DNA from: an uncultured Chloroflexia bacterium
GTDB lineage: Bacteria > Chloroflexota > Limnocylindria > Limnocylindrales > CSP1-4
Length of the DNA stretch: 64,000 nt
Assembly (NCBI GenBank): GCA_963743855.1
Contig: CAVURK010000009.1
Location: forward strand, 257,956 to 321,955
Direction: 5' to 3'
A program made the position numbers and the translations under genes. The notes under the pieces were generated by a model. The model did no database searches and was not told where the DNA came from. It saw only the letters and a list, made by a program, of their open reading frames with translations. Positions 29,435 to 39,428 of the stretch are shown here, one piece after another (positions within the stretch are counted from its first letter, which is position 1; each line of letters opens with the position of its first letter).

Positions 29435-31234
29435 ATGACGACCAGATTGCGGTCCGGTGACGACGGCCGAACGAACAGCCCAGTCGATCGTTCGTCCTCC
29501 GCGATGACCGCCGCCGCGTCCGTCGAGATCGGCCGCCATGAAGCCGTCGGCTCCGTTCGGGACGAGAGCGCCTGGTGGCGTGACGCCGTCATCTACGAGC
29601 TCTACATCCGGAGCTTCGCCGACGGCAACGGGGACGGCATCGGCGACATCGCTGGGGTCCGGTCCCGGCTGCCCTATCTGGCGTCCCTCGGGATCGATGC
29701 CATCTGGTTCACCCCCTGGTATCGCTCACCGTTGGCCGATGGCGGCTACGACATCGCGGATTACCGCGCGATCGACCCGGCCTTCGGCACGCTCGAGGAG
29801 GCGGAGGAGCTGATCGCCGAGGCTGCCGCCCTCGGGATCCGGACCATCGTCGATGTGGTCCCCAATCACGTTTCTGACCAACACCCCTGGTTCCAGGCCG
29901 CGCTCGCGTCTCCTCCCGGCTCTGCCGAGCGAGCGCGGTTCTGGTTCCACCCCGGTCGTGGTCCAAACGGCGACGAGATGCCCACGGGCTGGCCGTCCAA
30001 CTTCTCCGGTCCGTCCTGGACGCGCACCACGAACCCGGACGGCACGCCGGGCGAGTGGTACCTGCACCTGTTCTCGGCGGCCCAGCCCGATCTCAACTGG
30101 GGCCACCCCGACGTCCGTCGCGAACACGAGGAGATCCTGCGGTTCTGGCTGGACCGCGGCGCGGCCGGGATCCGGATCGACTCGGCGGCCCTCCTGGTCA
30201 AGGATCCGGCCCTGCCCGAGATCCCGTCCCAGCCGGGCCCCGGCGAGCATCCCAATACCGACCGCGATGAGCTGCATGACATCTATCGCAGCTGGCGAGC
30301 GATCGCCGACGAATACCCGGGGACCCGCATCCTCGTCGGTGAGCTGTGGCTGCCCGATGCCGAGCGGTTCGCGATGTACCTCCGACCCGGCGAGCTCCAC
30401 ACGGCCTTCAATTTCGACTTCATGTCCCGGCCCTGGGATGCGCGCGGCATGCGCGATTCGATCGACGCGACGCTGGCCGCCCACGCGCCGGTCCGCGCGC
30501 CCGCGACGTGGCTGATCTCGAACCACGACGTCACCCGACCGGTCACCCGATATGGCCAGGAGGACACGTCGTTCGCGTTCGTACGCAAGCGTCGCGGCAC
30601 GCCGACCGACCTCGCCCTGGGACTGCGCCGGGCGCGGGCCGCCGCGCTGCTGGTCGCCGCGCTCCCGGGCTCGCTCTACATCTATCAGGGAGATGAGCTC
30701 GGCCTCGAGGAGGTGCAGGACCTGCCCGAGCACCAGATCGAGGACCCGATGCATTTCCGTTCCGGTGGCGCGGACCCGGGCCGCGACGGCTGCCGCGTCC
30801 CGCTGCCGTGGTCTGGCGACGAGCGGCCGTTCGGGTTCAGCGCGGCGGGCGCCCTGGCCGAGCCGTGGCTCCGCCAACCGGCAGCCTGGAGCGCCACCAC
30901 CGTCGATGTCCAGCTCGGCGATCCGGGCTCGACCCTGAACCTGTATCGCGACGCGCTGCGTATCCGCCGGCTCGAGCGCGACCTCGGGGATGGCCCGTTG
31001 CGCTGGCTCGACGCGCCGGACGGCGTCCTGGCGTTCGCCCGCGGCGATGGCTTCATCGCGATCACCAACCTGTCAGGCGACTGCGTGGAGCTCCCGACCG
31101 GGGGCGACGCCCTTCTCCTGGCAAGCGCTGAGCTCGACGACGGCCGGCTGCCACCCGACGCGTCGGCGTGGCTTCGGCTCGATCCGGACACTCTCGCCCG
31201 ATCGCCCGGGTGGCCGACAAGGGAAGCGGAATGA
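29435..31234 (+). CDS. GH13 alpha-glucosidase (oligo-1,6-glucosidase/trehalose-6-P hydrolase-like)
   Basis: Contains WWRDAVIYELYIRSF, DGNGDGIGD, DVVPNHVS, GIRIDSA, VGELW and SNHD. The start is ambiguous (ATG 29435 or 29504). ATG 29387 lies inside the AT-rich operator, so I did not prefer it. Confidence 0.9.
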   Translation: MTTRLRSGDDGRTNSPVDRSSSAMTAAASVEIGRHEAVGSVRDESAWWRDAVIYELYIRSFADGNGDGIGDIAGVRSRLPYLASLGIDAIWFTPWYRSPLADGGYDIADYRAIDPAFGTLEEAEELIAEAAALGIRTIVDVVPNHVSDQHPWFQAALASPPGSAERARFWFHPGRGPNGDEMPTGWPSNFSGPSWTRTTNPDGTPGEWYLHLFSAAQPDLNWGHPDVRREHEEILRFWLDRGAAGIRIDSAALLVKDPALPEIPSQPGPGEHPNTDRDELHDIYRSWRAIADEYPGTRILVGELWLPDAERFAMYLRPGELHTAFNFDFMSRPWDARGMRDSIDATLAAHAPVRAPATWLISNHDVTRPVTRYGQEDTSFAFVRKRRGTPTDLALGLRRARAAALLVAALPGSLYIYQGDELGLEEVQDLPEHQIEDPMHFRSGGADPGRDGCRVPLPWSGDERPFGFSAAGALAEPWLRQPAAWSATTVDVQLGDPGSTLNLYRDALRIRRLERDLGDGPLRWLDAPDGVLAFARGDGFIAITNLSGDCVELPTGGDALLLASAELDDGRLPPDASAWLRLDPDTLARSPGWPTREAE

Positions 31235-31333
31235 GGAGGAGCCGATGACTTCCGGGTCACCGCGTCGCGATGGACGCGGGGATGCGCCCCAGAATGGTCC
31301 CGCTACGATGCATGGAAAGTGAGTGAACGAGTG

Positions 31334-32776
31334 ATGACAGCCTCCCACCCGCGACGACTCGCGGCCCTCGCCCTCGCGGCGACGGCAGCGATCCTCGTCA
31401 CCGCGTGCGGGTCCACCGCAACCTCGTCGGCCCCGGCGAGCGCCCCAGCGGCGACGTCGGCGGCCGTGGCCAGCCCGTCCACCGACCCGAATGCCGGCCA
31501 TGAGCCGGTGACCATCAGCGTCGGCGTCCTGCGCCCCGGCGCAACCCAGGAAGCGGTCGATGCGCTGAACCTCCAGATCAGCGAGTTCGAGGCCAAGTAC
31601 CCGTGGGTCACCGTGACCCCCCAGGAGTACAACTGGACCGCTCCGACATTCACTGCGGCGCTCGCCGCGGGGACGCTTCCGGTCGTGTTCACGATCCCGT
31701 TCACCGATGGCAAGGGCCTCATCGCCCAGCACCAGATCGTGAACATCAATGACCGTGTCCAGGCGCTTCCCTACGTCGCCAAGTTCAACAAGAACGTCCT
31801 CGTCAACGGGCAGGACGCCGACGGCAAGATCTGGGCGCTCCCGATCCAGGCCTACGGCATGTCCCTGACCTACAACCGGACCCTGTTCAAGGCGGCCGGC
31901 CTCGATCCCGACAAGCCGCCGACCACCTGGGACGAGGTCCGTGCCGATGCCAAGGCGATCGCCGAGAAGACCGGCGTCGCCGGCTACGCCGAGATGGCGA
32001 CCGAGAACACCGGTGGCTGGCAGCTGACCACCGCGACCTATGCCCTTGGTGGGCGGATGGAAACGGTCGGTGCCGACGGCAAGGTCACCGCGACCCTCGA
32101 CAACGCTGCCACCAAGCAGGCCCTCGCCAACCTCAAGACTCTCCGCTGGGATGACAACTCCATGGGGTCGACCTTCGACTACGCGTGGGGCACGATCAAC
32201 CAGGCCTTCGCGTCAGGGCAGATCGGCATCTTCACCGGTGGCTCCGACCTGTACACGGCGATGGTCCAGAACAACAACCTGAACCCCGACGACTACGGTG
32301 TCTCGATCATCCCGCTCGCCAGCGACCCCAACGCGGGCGTCCTCGGTGGCGGCACGCTCGCGGCCGTCAACGTCGTCACGACGGAAGCCCAGCGCGACGC
32401 GGCGGTGCAGTGGATCGACTTCTACTACATGCAGAAGCTGCTGACCGAGGATGGCGCCGTGGCCGATGCCAAGGCTCTCCAGGCCAACAAGCAGCCGGTC
32501 GGCGTGCCGGCCCTGCCGATCTTCGACAAGGCCACCTACGACGAGTCGCAGACGTGGATCAAGGACTACATCAACGTCCCGACCGCCCAGATGACCAACT
32601 TCACGTCGAAGATCTTCGACCAGCCGCTCGTCAACGAACCAACCGTCCATACCCAGGACCTGTACGCCGCGCTCGACCCCGTCGTGCAGGCAGTGCTGAC
32701 TGACAAGAACGCCGACGTCGACGCTCTGCTCAAGGCAGCCAACACCCAGGTCCAGGCCATCCTCGACAAGCCCTGA
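31334..32776 (+). CDS. ABC sugar transporter substrate-binding lipoprotein (CUT1, family 1)
   Basis: The signal/lipobox is RRLAALALAATAAILVTAC. The rest has typical family-1 SBP composition. It lies between the GH13 gene and the MalF/MalG-type permeases. Confidence 0.85.
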   Translation: MTASHPRRLAALALAATAAILVTACGSTATSSAPASAPAATSAAVASPSTDPNAGHEPVTISVGVLRPGATQEAVDALNLQISEFEAKYPWVTVTPQEYNWTAPTFTAALAAGTLPVVFTIPFTDGKGLIAQHQIVNINDRVQALPYVAKFNKNVLVNGQDADGKIWALPIQAYGMSLTYNRTLFKAAGLDPDKPPTTWDEVRADAKAIAEKTGVAGYAEMATENTGGWQLTTATYALGGRMETVGADGKVTATLDNAATKQALANLKTLRWDDNSMGSTFDYAWGTINQAFASGQIGIFTGGSDLYTAMVQNNNLNPDDYGVSIIPLASDPNAGVLGGGTLAAVNVVTTEAQRDAAVQWIDFYYMQKLLTEDGAVADAKALQANKQPVGVPALPIFDKATYDESQTWIKDYINVPTAQMTNFTSKIFDQPLVNEPTVHTQDLYAALDPVVQAVLTDKNADVDALLKAANTQVQAILDKP

Positions 32777-32787
32777 CCGGTGCGGTC

Positions 32788-32820
32788 GGTGGGGTCCCCA
32801 TCCCCCAGGGGGACCCCACC
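32788..32820 (+). other. Intercistronic 12-bp perfect stem-loop after the SBP gene
   Basis: GGTGGGGTCCCC-(9 nt)-GGGGACCCCACC starts 12 nt after the SBP stop and lies upstream of the first permease gene. Confidence 0.5.
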
Positions 32821-32896
32821 ACCGCCGCACGCCGGATCCCGGCCAGCCTGTCATGCTCCGGCCGGCGAGCCCATGGGACAGAGGTGAAGCGACGGG

Positions 32897-33844
32897 ATGG
32901 GTGCATACACTGAGGCAGGAGTGCGAGCGAGAGACGTCGGCAAGCGTCGCTCCCTTCGCTGGCGCGTCTCCCGCGACGGGCTGAGCACGCTCGTCTTCCT
33001 GCTGCCATTCCTGATCGTCTTCGGGGTCTTCGCCTGGTTCCCGATCGTCCGGGCGTTCGTCATGAGCGTCCAGGAGACGAACCTGGTCTCCGCCCCGACG
33101 TTCGTCGGGCTCGACAACTTCGCCCGCGTCCTCGCCGATCCGCTGCTCGGCATCGCCGTTCGGAATACGGCGTGGTTCGCACTTCTTGCGCTGGTGATCG
33201 GCTTTCCGATCCCGATCATCCTGGCCGTTCTCATCAGCGAGACGCGGCGTCATCGCGGGCTCTACAGCGCCCTCGTCTACCTGCCCGTCGTCGTCCCGCC
33301 GGTCGTCTCCGTGCTGCTCTGGCGGTTCTTCTTCAACGCGGCACCGACCGGGGTGTTCAACACGATCCTCGGCTGGTTCGGGATGCACCCGTTGCCGTGG
33401 CTGCAGGAGGCGGGGAGCGCGATGCCGTCGATCGTGATCGAGGCGACGTGGGCGGCGGCTGGCGGGACCGTGATCATCTACCTGGCCGCGCTGTTGAGCG
33501 TCCCGCCCCAGCTGTACGAGGCCGCCGAGGTGGACGGCGCGTCGATCTGGCAGAAGATCTGGCACATCACCCTGCCGCAGATGCGCGCGATCCTGTTCGT
33601 GACGCTCATCCTCCAGCTGATCGCGACGTCGCAGCTGTTCACCGAGCCGCTCCTGTTCACCGGCGGTGGGCCGGCCAACTCGACGATGACGGTCCTGCTC
33701 CTCATCTATCGCTACGCGTTCCAGAACAGCCTGGGCGGCGACTACGGGATGGCGGCCGCGTTCAGCGTCATGCTCGCTGGATTCCTGGCCGTGTTCACCG
33801 CGGTCTACTTCTGGCTGACCCGCTCGTGGAGCACGAGCGCATGA
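32897..33844 (+). CDS. ABC sugar transporter permease (MalF-like)
   Basis: Six TM segments and the EAA loop YEAAEVDGASIWQKIWHITLPQM. Confidence 0.9.
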   Translation: MGAYTEAGVRARDVGKRRSLRWRVSRDGLSTLVFLLPFLIVFGVFAWFPIVRAFVMSVQETNLVSAPTFVGLDNFARVLADPLLGIAVRNTAWFALLALVIGFPIPIILAVLISETRRHRGLYSALVYLPVVVPPVVSVLLWRFFFNAAPTGVFNTILGWFGMHPLPWLQEAGSAMPSIVIEATWAAAGGTVIIYLAALLSVPPQLYEAAEVDGASIWQKIWHITLPQMRAILFVTLILQLIATSQLFTEPLLFTGGGPANSTMTVLLLIYRYAFQNSLGGDYGMAAAFSVMLAGFLAVFTAVYFWLTRSWSTSA

Positions 33845-34764
33845 GGATCCGGCGACGCCGCGGTGGAACGGCCCAACCGAGCGCCGCGGACCGCGGGATG
33901 ATCTCCGCCGCCGACTGGCGCGGTCGACGGTTCCGCTGGACGATGAATGCCATCCATGGCGGATCACCCTCGTCGTCCTGCTGATCGTCGGGCTCGGGCC
34001 GCTGATCTGGATGGCCAAGTCGTCGATCACGCCGACGCAGGACACGCTTCGGGCGCCGATGGCCCTCTTCCCGCACGGCTTCGACCTGGCGAACCTTGAC
34101 ACGGCCTGGTCGCGAACGCACATCGACCGCTACCTGTGGAACACCGTGTTGATCGCGTTCGGCTCGTGGGTCGTCCAGATCACGGTCGCGACGACCGCCG
34201 GGTTCGCGTTGTCGGTGCTCCGTCCGCGCTTCCGGCGGGTGCTGCTCGGGCTCGTGATCGCGACGCTGTTCGTCCCGCCGATCGTGCTGCTCGTGCCGCT
34301 CTACCTGACCGTCGTCGACATGCCGCTCGTCCACGTCAGCCTGATCGACTCGTTCTGGGGGGTCTGGCTGCCGGCCGGCGCCAGCGCGGTGAACATCGTC
34401 CTGATGACACGCTTCTTCGACAGCCTGCCGCGCGAGATCTTCGAGGCCGCGAAGGTCGATGGGGCCGGGCCGTTCCGGCTCTTCTGGTCCGTCGTGCTGC
34501 CGATGTCGCGCCCGATCCTGGGCGTCGTGTCCGTCTTCGCGGTGATCGCCACCTGGAAGGACTACCTGTGGCCGCTGCTCGTGCTCCGCAACCCTGACCT
34601 GCAGCCGCTATCGGTTCGGCTGCCGACCCTCCAGCCGACCACCGAGCTCGACGTCTTCATCGCCGCGCTGACGATCTCGAGCATCATCCCGATCGCCCTG
34701 TTCCTCGTCTTCCAGCGGATGTTCCTGAGCGGCGCGGGATCTCAGCGGCGCCATCAAGGGCTGA
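33841..34764 (+). pseudogene. ABC sugar transporter permease (MalG-like), frameshifts at ~33961 and ~34737
   Basis: ATGA overlap with the upstream permease. The N-terminus MRIRRRRGG...WTMNAIH lies in one frame. The core ITLVVLLIVGLGPLIWMAKSS...EAAKVDGAGPFRLFWSVVLPM lies in the -1 frame. The C-terminus LSGAIKG-stop returns to the first frame. Confidence 0.85.
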
Positions 34765-35492
34765 GTCGTGGGCCGGAGCTCGTCGCGCAGGGGCGACAAG
34801 GCAAGTGGACCCGAGCACCGGAGCGAGCAGGCTTCAAGGCCGTGAGCGAGGAGCGCAGGTCGAACGCAGCCATGTCGTTCCTGCGCGACAGCTTCGCTGA
34901 AGCGTTCCTCTTTCCACGGGTCAGCGTCGTTGTTGTAGCCGTAGCGCTCCCAGAAGCCGAGCTGGTCGTGGTCGAGGAACTCGAGCCCGCGGACCCACTT
35001 GCTGCTCTTCCAGAAGTAGCGCTTGGGGATGAGCAGGCGGAGCGGGTAGCCGTGCTCGAGCTCGAGCGGCGCGCCGCCGAACGTGTCGGCGAGCAGGACG
35101 TCGTCGTCATCGAGGACGGACAGCGGGACGTTGGCGGTGTAGCCCTGCTCGGCGTGCGAGACGACGTGGGTCGCGTTCGGCCGGACGCCGGCCATCTCCA
35201 GGATCGTCTGGATCGGGACGCCTTCCCAGGTCGTGTCGAGCTTGGTCCAGCGGGTGACGCAGTGGATGTCGGTGTTGACGGTCTTGCGCGGCAGGGCCTT
35301 GAACGCGTCCCAGGTCAGGGTGAACGGCGAGTCCACCTCGCCCCACACCTTGAAGTCCCAGGTGGCGAGGTCCGTGTGCGGGACGGATCCGTAGTGGAGG
35401 ACCGGGAACTTGTCGGTCTTGTACTGGCCGGGCGGGATCCGGCCGGCGATGGCGGGATCCTGCTCCTTGGCGCCAAAGAGACGTTCGAACAT
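34608..35492 (-). CDS. Sulfite-oxidase-like molybdopterin oxidoreductase. The conserved core ends at ~34899 and the 3' end is unresolved.
   Basis: Starts MFERLFGAKE. Contains IHCVTRWTK (Mo-ligand Cys context), LEHGYPLRLLIP and FWERYGYNNDADPWKEERF. After that point, third-position GC collapses, yet the frame stays open for 97 more codons and overlaps the convergent permease gene. Confidence 0.7.
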   Translation of the reverse strand: MFERLFGAKEQDPAIAGRIPPGQYKTDKFPVLHYGSVPHTDLATWDFKVWGEVDSPFTLTWDAFKALPRKTVNTDIHCVTRWTKLDTTWEGVPIQTILEMAGVRPNATHVVSHAEQGYTANVPLSVLDDDDVLLADTFGGAPLELEHGYPLRLLIPKRYFWKSSKWVRGLEFLDHDQLGFWERYGYNNDADPWKEERFSEAVAQERHGCVRPALLAHGLEACSLRCSGPLALSPLRDELRPTTQPLMAPLRSRAAQEHPLEDEEQGDRDDARDRQRGDEDVELGGRLEGRQPNR

Positions 35493-35597
35493 GGTGGGCG
35501 TCGTCCTCGAGGGGTGGGCTGCTGCCGAAATCCTCTCACAGACGACGCGACAGTCCCGTGCACAGGGGGCGGCCCGTGCTGCGGTACCCTTCGCGGG

Positions 35598-36368
35598 ATG
35601 CCCACGCCGGAGCCCACCGCCAGCCCGCGTCTCATCATCGTGATGCCGGCCTACAACGCCGCCCGGACCCTCGAGCGGACGTACGCCGATATCCCGCACC
35701 AGCTCGTCGACAAGATCATCCTCGTCGACGACGTGTCGCGCGACGAGACGGTCGAGATCGCCGAGCAGCTCGGGCTCGACGTCATCATCCACAGCCAGAA
35801 CCGCGGCTACGGCGGCAACCAGAAGACCTGCTATGACGCCGCGCTCGCGGCAGGCGCCGACATCGTCGTCATGCTCCACCCGGACTACCAGTACGACGCG
35901 ACCCGGATCCCGGACCTGATCGCTCCGATCGCAGCCGGCAAGCGAGACCTGATGCTCGGCAGCCGGTTCCTGGGCGATCCGTTGGCCGGCGGGATGCCGC
36001 GCTGGAAGTACGTCAGCAATCGCTTCCTGACCGGCCTCGAGAACTTCGCCTTCGGTCTCCACCTGTCCGAGTACCACACCGGGCTGCGGGCCTACAGCCG
36101 GCACCTCCTCGAGACCGTGCCGTACGAGCTCAACAGCGACGACTTCGTGTTCGACCAGGAGCTGATCGCCCAGGTCGTGGCAGCCGGGATGTCCGCCCGG
36201 ATCGGCGAGATCGCGGTCCCGACCCGCTACTTCGAGGAGGCATCGTCGGTCGGCTTCCGGCGCAGCGTCGTCTACGGCTTGTCCACCCTCCGCGTCGTCG
36301 CCCGCTACCTGCTCCACCGGCTGCGCGTCAGGCGGTCGCCGAAGCTGTCCGCCCGCCGCCCGGACTGA
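35598..36368 (+). CDS. GT2-family glycosyltransferase (polyprenol-phosphate glycosyltransferase-like)
   Basis: Contains IIVMPAYNAARTL, ILVDDVSRDET and the NRGYGGNQ motif. Confidence 0.85.
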   Translation: MPTPEPTASPRLIIVMPAYNAARTLERTYADIPHQLVDKIILVDDVSRDETVEIAEQLGLDVIIHSQNRGYGGNQKTCYDAALAAGADIVVMLHPDYQYDATRIPDLIAPIAAGKRDLMLGSRFLGDPLAGGMPRWKYVSNRFLTGLENFAFGLHLSEYHTGLRAYSRHLLETVPYELNSDDFVFDQELIAQVVAAGMSARIGEIAVPTRYFEEASSVGFRRSVVYGLSTLRVVARYLLHRLRVRRSPKLSARRPD

Positions 36369-36372
36369 ATCG

Positions 36373-37365
36373 ATGCGGATCAGCCGGAGCGCGTTGCTGC
36401 GTGGGACGCTCGGCATCGCGATCAGCGTCTTCTCGATCTGGATCCTCATCCATTCGGTCGATCTCGACGCGGCGTTCGCGGTCCTGCGGACCGCCTCGCC
36501 GGCCTGGATCGTGGTGATGCTGGTGACGGCGACGCTCGACATCGCCGCTCGCGGAGCGCGCTGGCGCGCGCCTGCTCGCCCCGATCGCGCCGCTGCCGCT
36601 ACCGGCGCGTCCTCGGCTACACGTACATCGGCTATCTCGCCAACAACGTCCTGCCGGCACGGCTCGGCGAGCTGTACCGGAGCCACGCCCTGGGCGAGAG
36701 CGAGGGGGTCAGCCGGACGACGGTGCTGGGCACGGTCGTCGTCGAGCGGGTCGTCGACACCGTGATGGTCGTGGCGATCGCCGCGGTGGCCGTCCTCGTC
36801 CTGAGCGTCCGGGGCGCGATGAGCAGCGCGGTCCTGCTCGGGCTGGCCTTCGTCGCGCTGCTGGTCATCGTCCTCGGGCTCGGGATCGCGGCACATCGTC
36901 TTCCGGGCGCCGCCCGCGTGACCGAGCTGATCGCCCGGCGCCCGCGGCTCCTCGAGCTCGCTCGTCGGTTGCGCGAGGGCCTCGCCGTCGCCGGTCAGCC
37001 GAAGGTCATCGTCGCCGCGCTGGCGTTCAGCGGCCTCGCCTGGTCCGCCTCGACGCTCACCTTCCTGGCGGCGGGCCAGGCGGTCAACGTCCCAGCTGAC
37101 GGTCGCCCAGGGCGCCCTGCTGACCAGCGGTGTCGCGCTCGCCTCGATCGTCCCGGCCGGGCCAGGGTTCGTCGGCACGTTCGAGCTGACCGTGGTGGCC
37201 ATCGCCGACACCCTCGGGATCCCGCGCGACTCGGCGTTCGCGCTCGGTCTCCTCGTCCACCTCGTGATCCTCGGGACGACCTCGATCGGTGGCGGAATCG
37301 CCATGCTCGCGCGACGCGGCTGGGAGCGAGAGCGGAAGCAGGTCGAGGAAGCCGGGGTCGCCTGA
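36373..37365 (+). pseudogene. Flippase-like / lysyl-PG-synthase-TM-domain (UPF0104) membrane protein, three +1 frameshifts (~36571, ~36598, ~37092)
   Basis: MRISRSALLRGTLGIAISVFSIWIL...ARGARWR, then ALLAPIAPLP, then YRRVLGYTYIGYLANNVLPARLGE..., then LTVAQGALLTSGVALASIVPAGPGFVGTFE.... The segments lie in successive frames, and the net span is 3n. Confidence 0.75.
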
Positions 37366-37366
37366 C

Positions 37367-39359
37367 GTGGCCGCGCAGTTTCCCCACGTCTTCGAGCCGC
37401 TGACGCTCCGCCACAAGACGTTGCGCAGTCGGATCACGTTCGGGGCGCACACCGCGAACATGGCCGAGGACGGCCTCCCCGGCGAGCGCCACATCGGCTA
37501 CTACCGGGAACGCGCGCTCGGCGGCGCCGGGATGATCGTGGTCGAGCCCGTCCCGATCCATCGGACCGGCGTCCTGACCCGGGGCAACTTCCGCCACGAC
37601 GACGACGCGATCATCCCGGCGTTCCGCCGCGTCACCGACGCCTGCCGCGAGGCGAACCCCGACGTCGTGTTGATCCACCAGCTCTATCACGTCGGCCAGC
37701 ACGGGGACGCCGACAACTCGTTCGCGCCGAACTGGTCGCCGTCGGGGCTGCCCTCGTACCACGACGCCGATGGCAGCCACGCGATGACGACCGATGAGAT
37801 CGAGGAGCTGATCGGCGGGTTCGTGGCCGCCGCCGGCCGCGCCCAGGCGTCGGGCTTCGACGGCGTCGAGATCTTCGCCGCGTACCACGCGGTCGTGGAC
37901 CAGTTCTGGACGACCTGGTCGAACCGGCGCACGGACGAGTGGGGAGGCAGCTTCGAGAACCGGATGCGCTTCTCGTCCGAGATCCTGCGCCGGATCCGGG
38001 AGCGCTGCGGGGACGACTTCATCATCGGGCTGGCGATCAGCGCAGACCCCGGCTCGGAGGCCTTCCCGTCGATCGAGGAGCTCGCCGAGATCGTGGCCTG
38101 GCACGACGAGCGGCGGCTGATGGACTACGTGACCTGCGGGACCGGCTCGTACTTCGACTTCCACCAGATCATCCCGCCGTCGCTCTACCCGCAGCGGCTT
38201 GGCGAGCCGTTCGCGGCAGCGCTCAAAGCCGTCGTCCGGCATGCGCGGGTCCAGGCCGAGAGCCACATCCGGACGCCCGAGGCGGCCGAGGCGGTCCTCG
38301 CCGCCGGCCACGCCGACATGGTCAGCATCGTGCGAGGCCAGATCGCGGATCCGCACCTGGTCGCCAAGACCCGTGACGGCCGCGCCGACGAGGTCCGACC
38401 GTGCATCTCGTGCAACCAGCTGTGCTGGGGCCGCCGCTCACGCGACTACTGGATCTCGTGCCTGGTCAACCCGTCGGCCGGGCGCGAGTTCGCATGGGGA
38501 GGCGACCGGTTCGAGCCGGCGGCGACGCCGCGTCGGGTGCTGGTCGTCGGCGGCGGCCCCGCCGGGCTCGAGGCCGCGCGGGTCGCGGCGGAGCGCGGTC
38601 ACGCCGTGACACTCCTCGAACGCGGCGAGGCACTCGGCGGTCAATTCCGCCTCGCCGGGCGACAGCCGTCGCGCGACCAGATCACCGACCTGATCGCCTG
38701 GTTCGGGCGACGGCTCGATGCGCTCGGGGTCGAGGTCCGGCTCGGCGTGGAGGCGAGCGCGGACGAGGTGGCCGCCGCAGCCGCCGACGAGGTCATCGTC
38801 GCGACCGGGTCCCGGCCGGCACGCGCCGGTTTCCAGCGTGCGCTCCCGATGGTCGATCGGCTCCCCGGCGTGGATGGCGCCGACGTCTTCGCGATCCACG
38901 ACGTGCTGGACGGCACGGCCGAGCCGGGCCGGCGCGTCGTCCTCCTCGACGACCTCGGCGACTGGCGGGGTCTCGGGACGGCGCTCCACCTCGTCGAGCA
39001 CGGTCACGACGTGACGCTCGTCACCTCGGCGGCCGTCGTCGCGGGCGGCCTGTTCCACAGTGCGGCCGACGGACCCTTGCGCAAGCGATACGCGCTGGCC
39101 GGTGGCCGGTCGATCACCTCGGCGTCGATCGCGGGCTGGCGGGACGGCATCGCCCTGGTCGTCTCGTCGCCATCGGGCGAGATCACCAGCATCGCGGCAG
39201 ACGCCCTCGTCATCGCCGAGACGCCCGTTGCCGAGACCGGGCTGGCGAGCGCGCTCACCGGAACGTGGCATCGCCTTCCACCTGGTCGGGGACGCTGTCG
39301 CCCCACGGCGGGCCAGCCTCGCCTTCTTCGAGGGCCGCGAGCTCGCCCTTCGCCTCTGA
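37367..39359 (+). pseudogene. FMN (OYE-fold)/[4Fe-4S]/FAD-NAD(P) flavoprotein of the TMADH/2,4-dienoyl-CoA reductase/amine demethylase architecture, frameshifted at ~39260
   Basis: GTG 37367 lies 1 nt after the upstream stop. The OYE N-terminal domain contains GGAGMIVVEP...HQLYHVGQ. The Cys cluster is RPCISCNQLCWGRRSRDYWISCLVNP. The ADP-binding motif is VLVVGGGPAGLEAA. The C-terminus ERGIAFHLVGDAV... lies in the +1 frame. Confidence 0.85.
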
Positions 39360-39428
39360 ACTGCGCGGAGCGCCGTACCATGGGGGCGGCACGATCTCGG
39401 CGCTGGCGCCCGCACCCGAGGAGATCAG

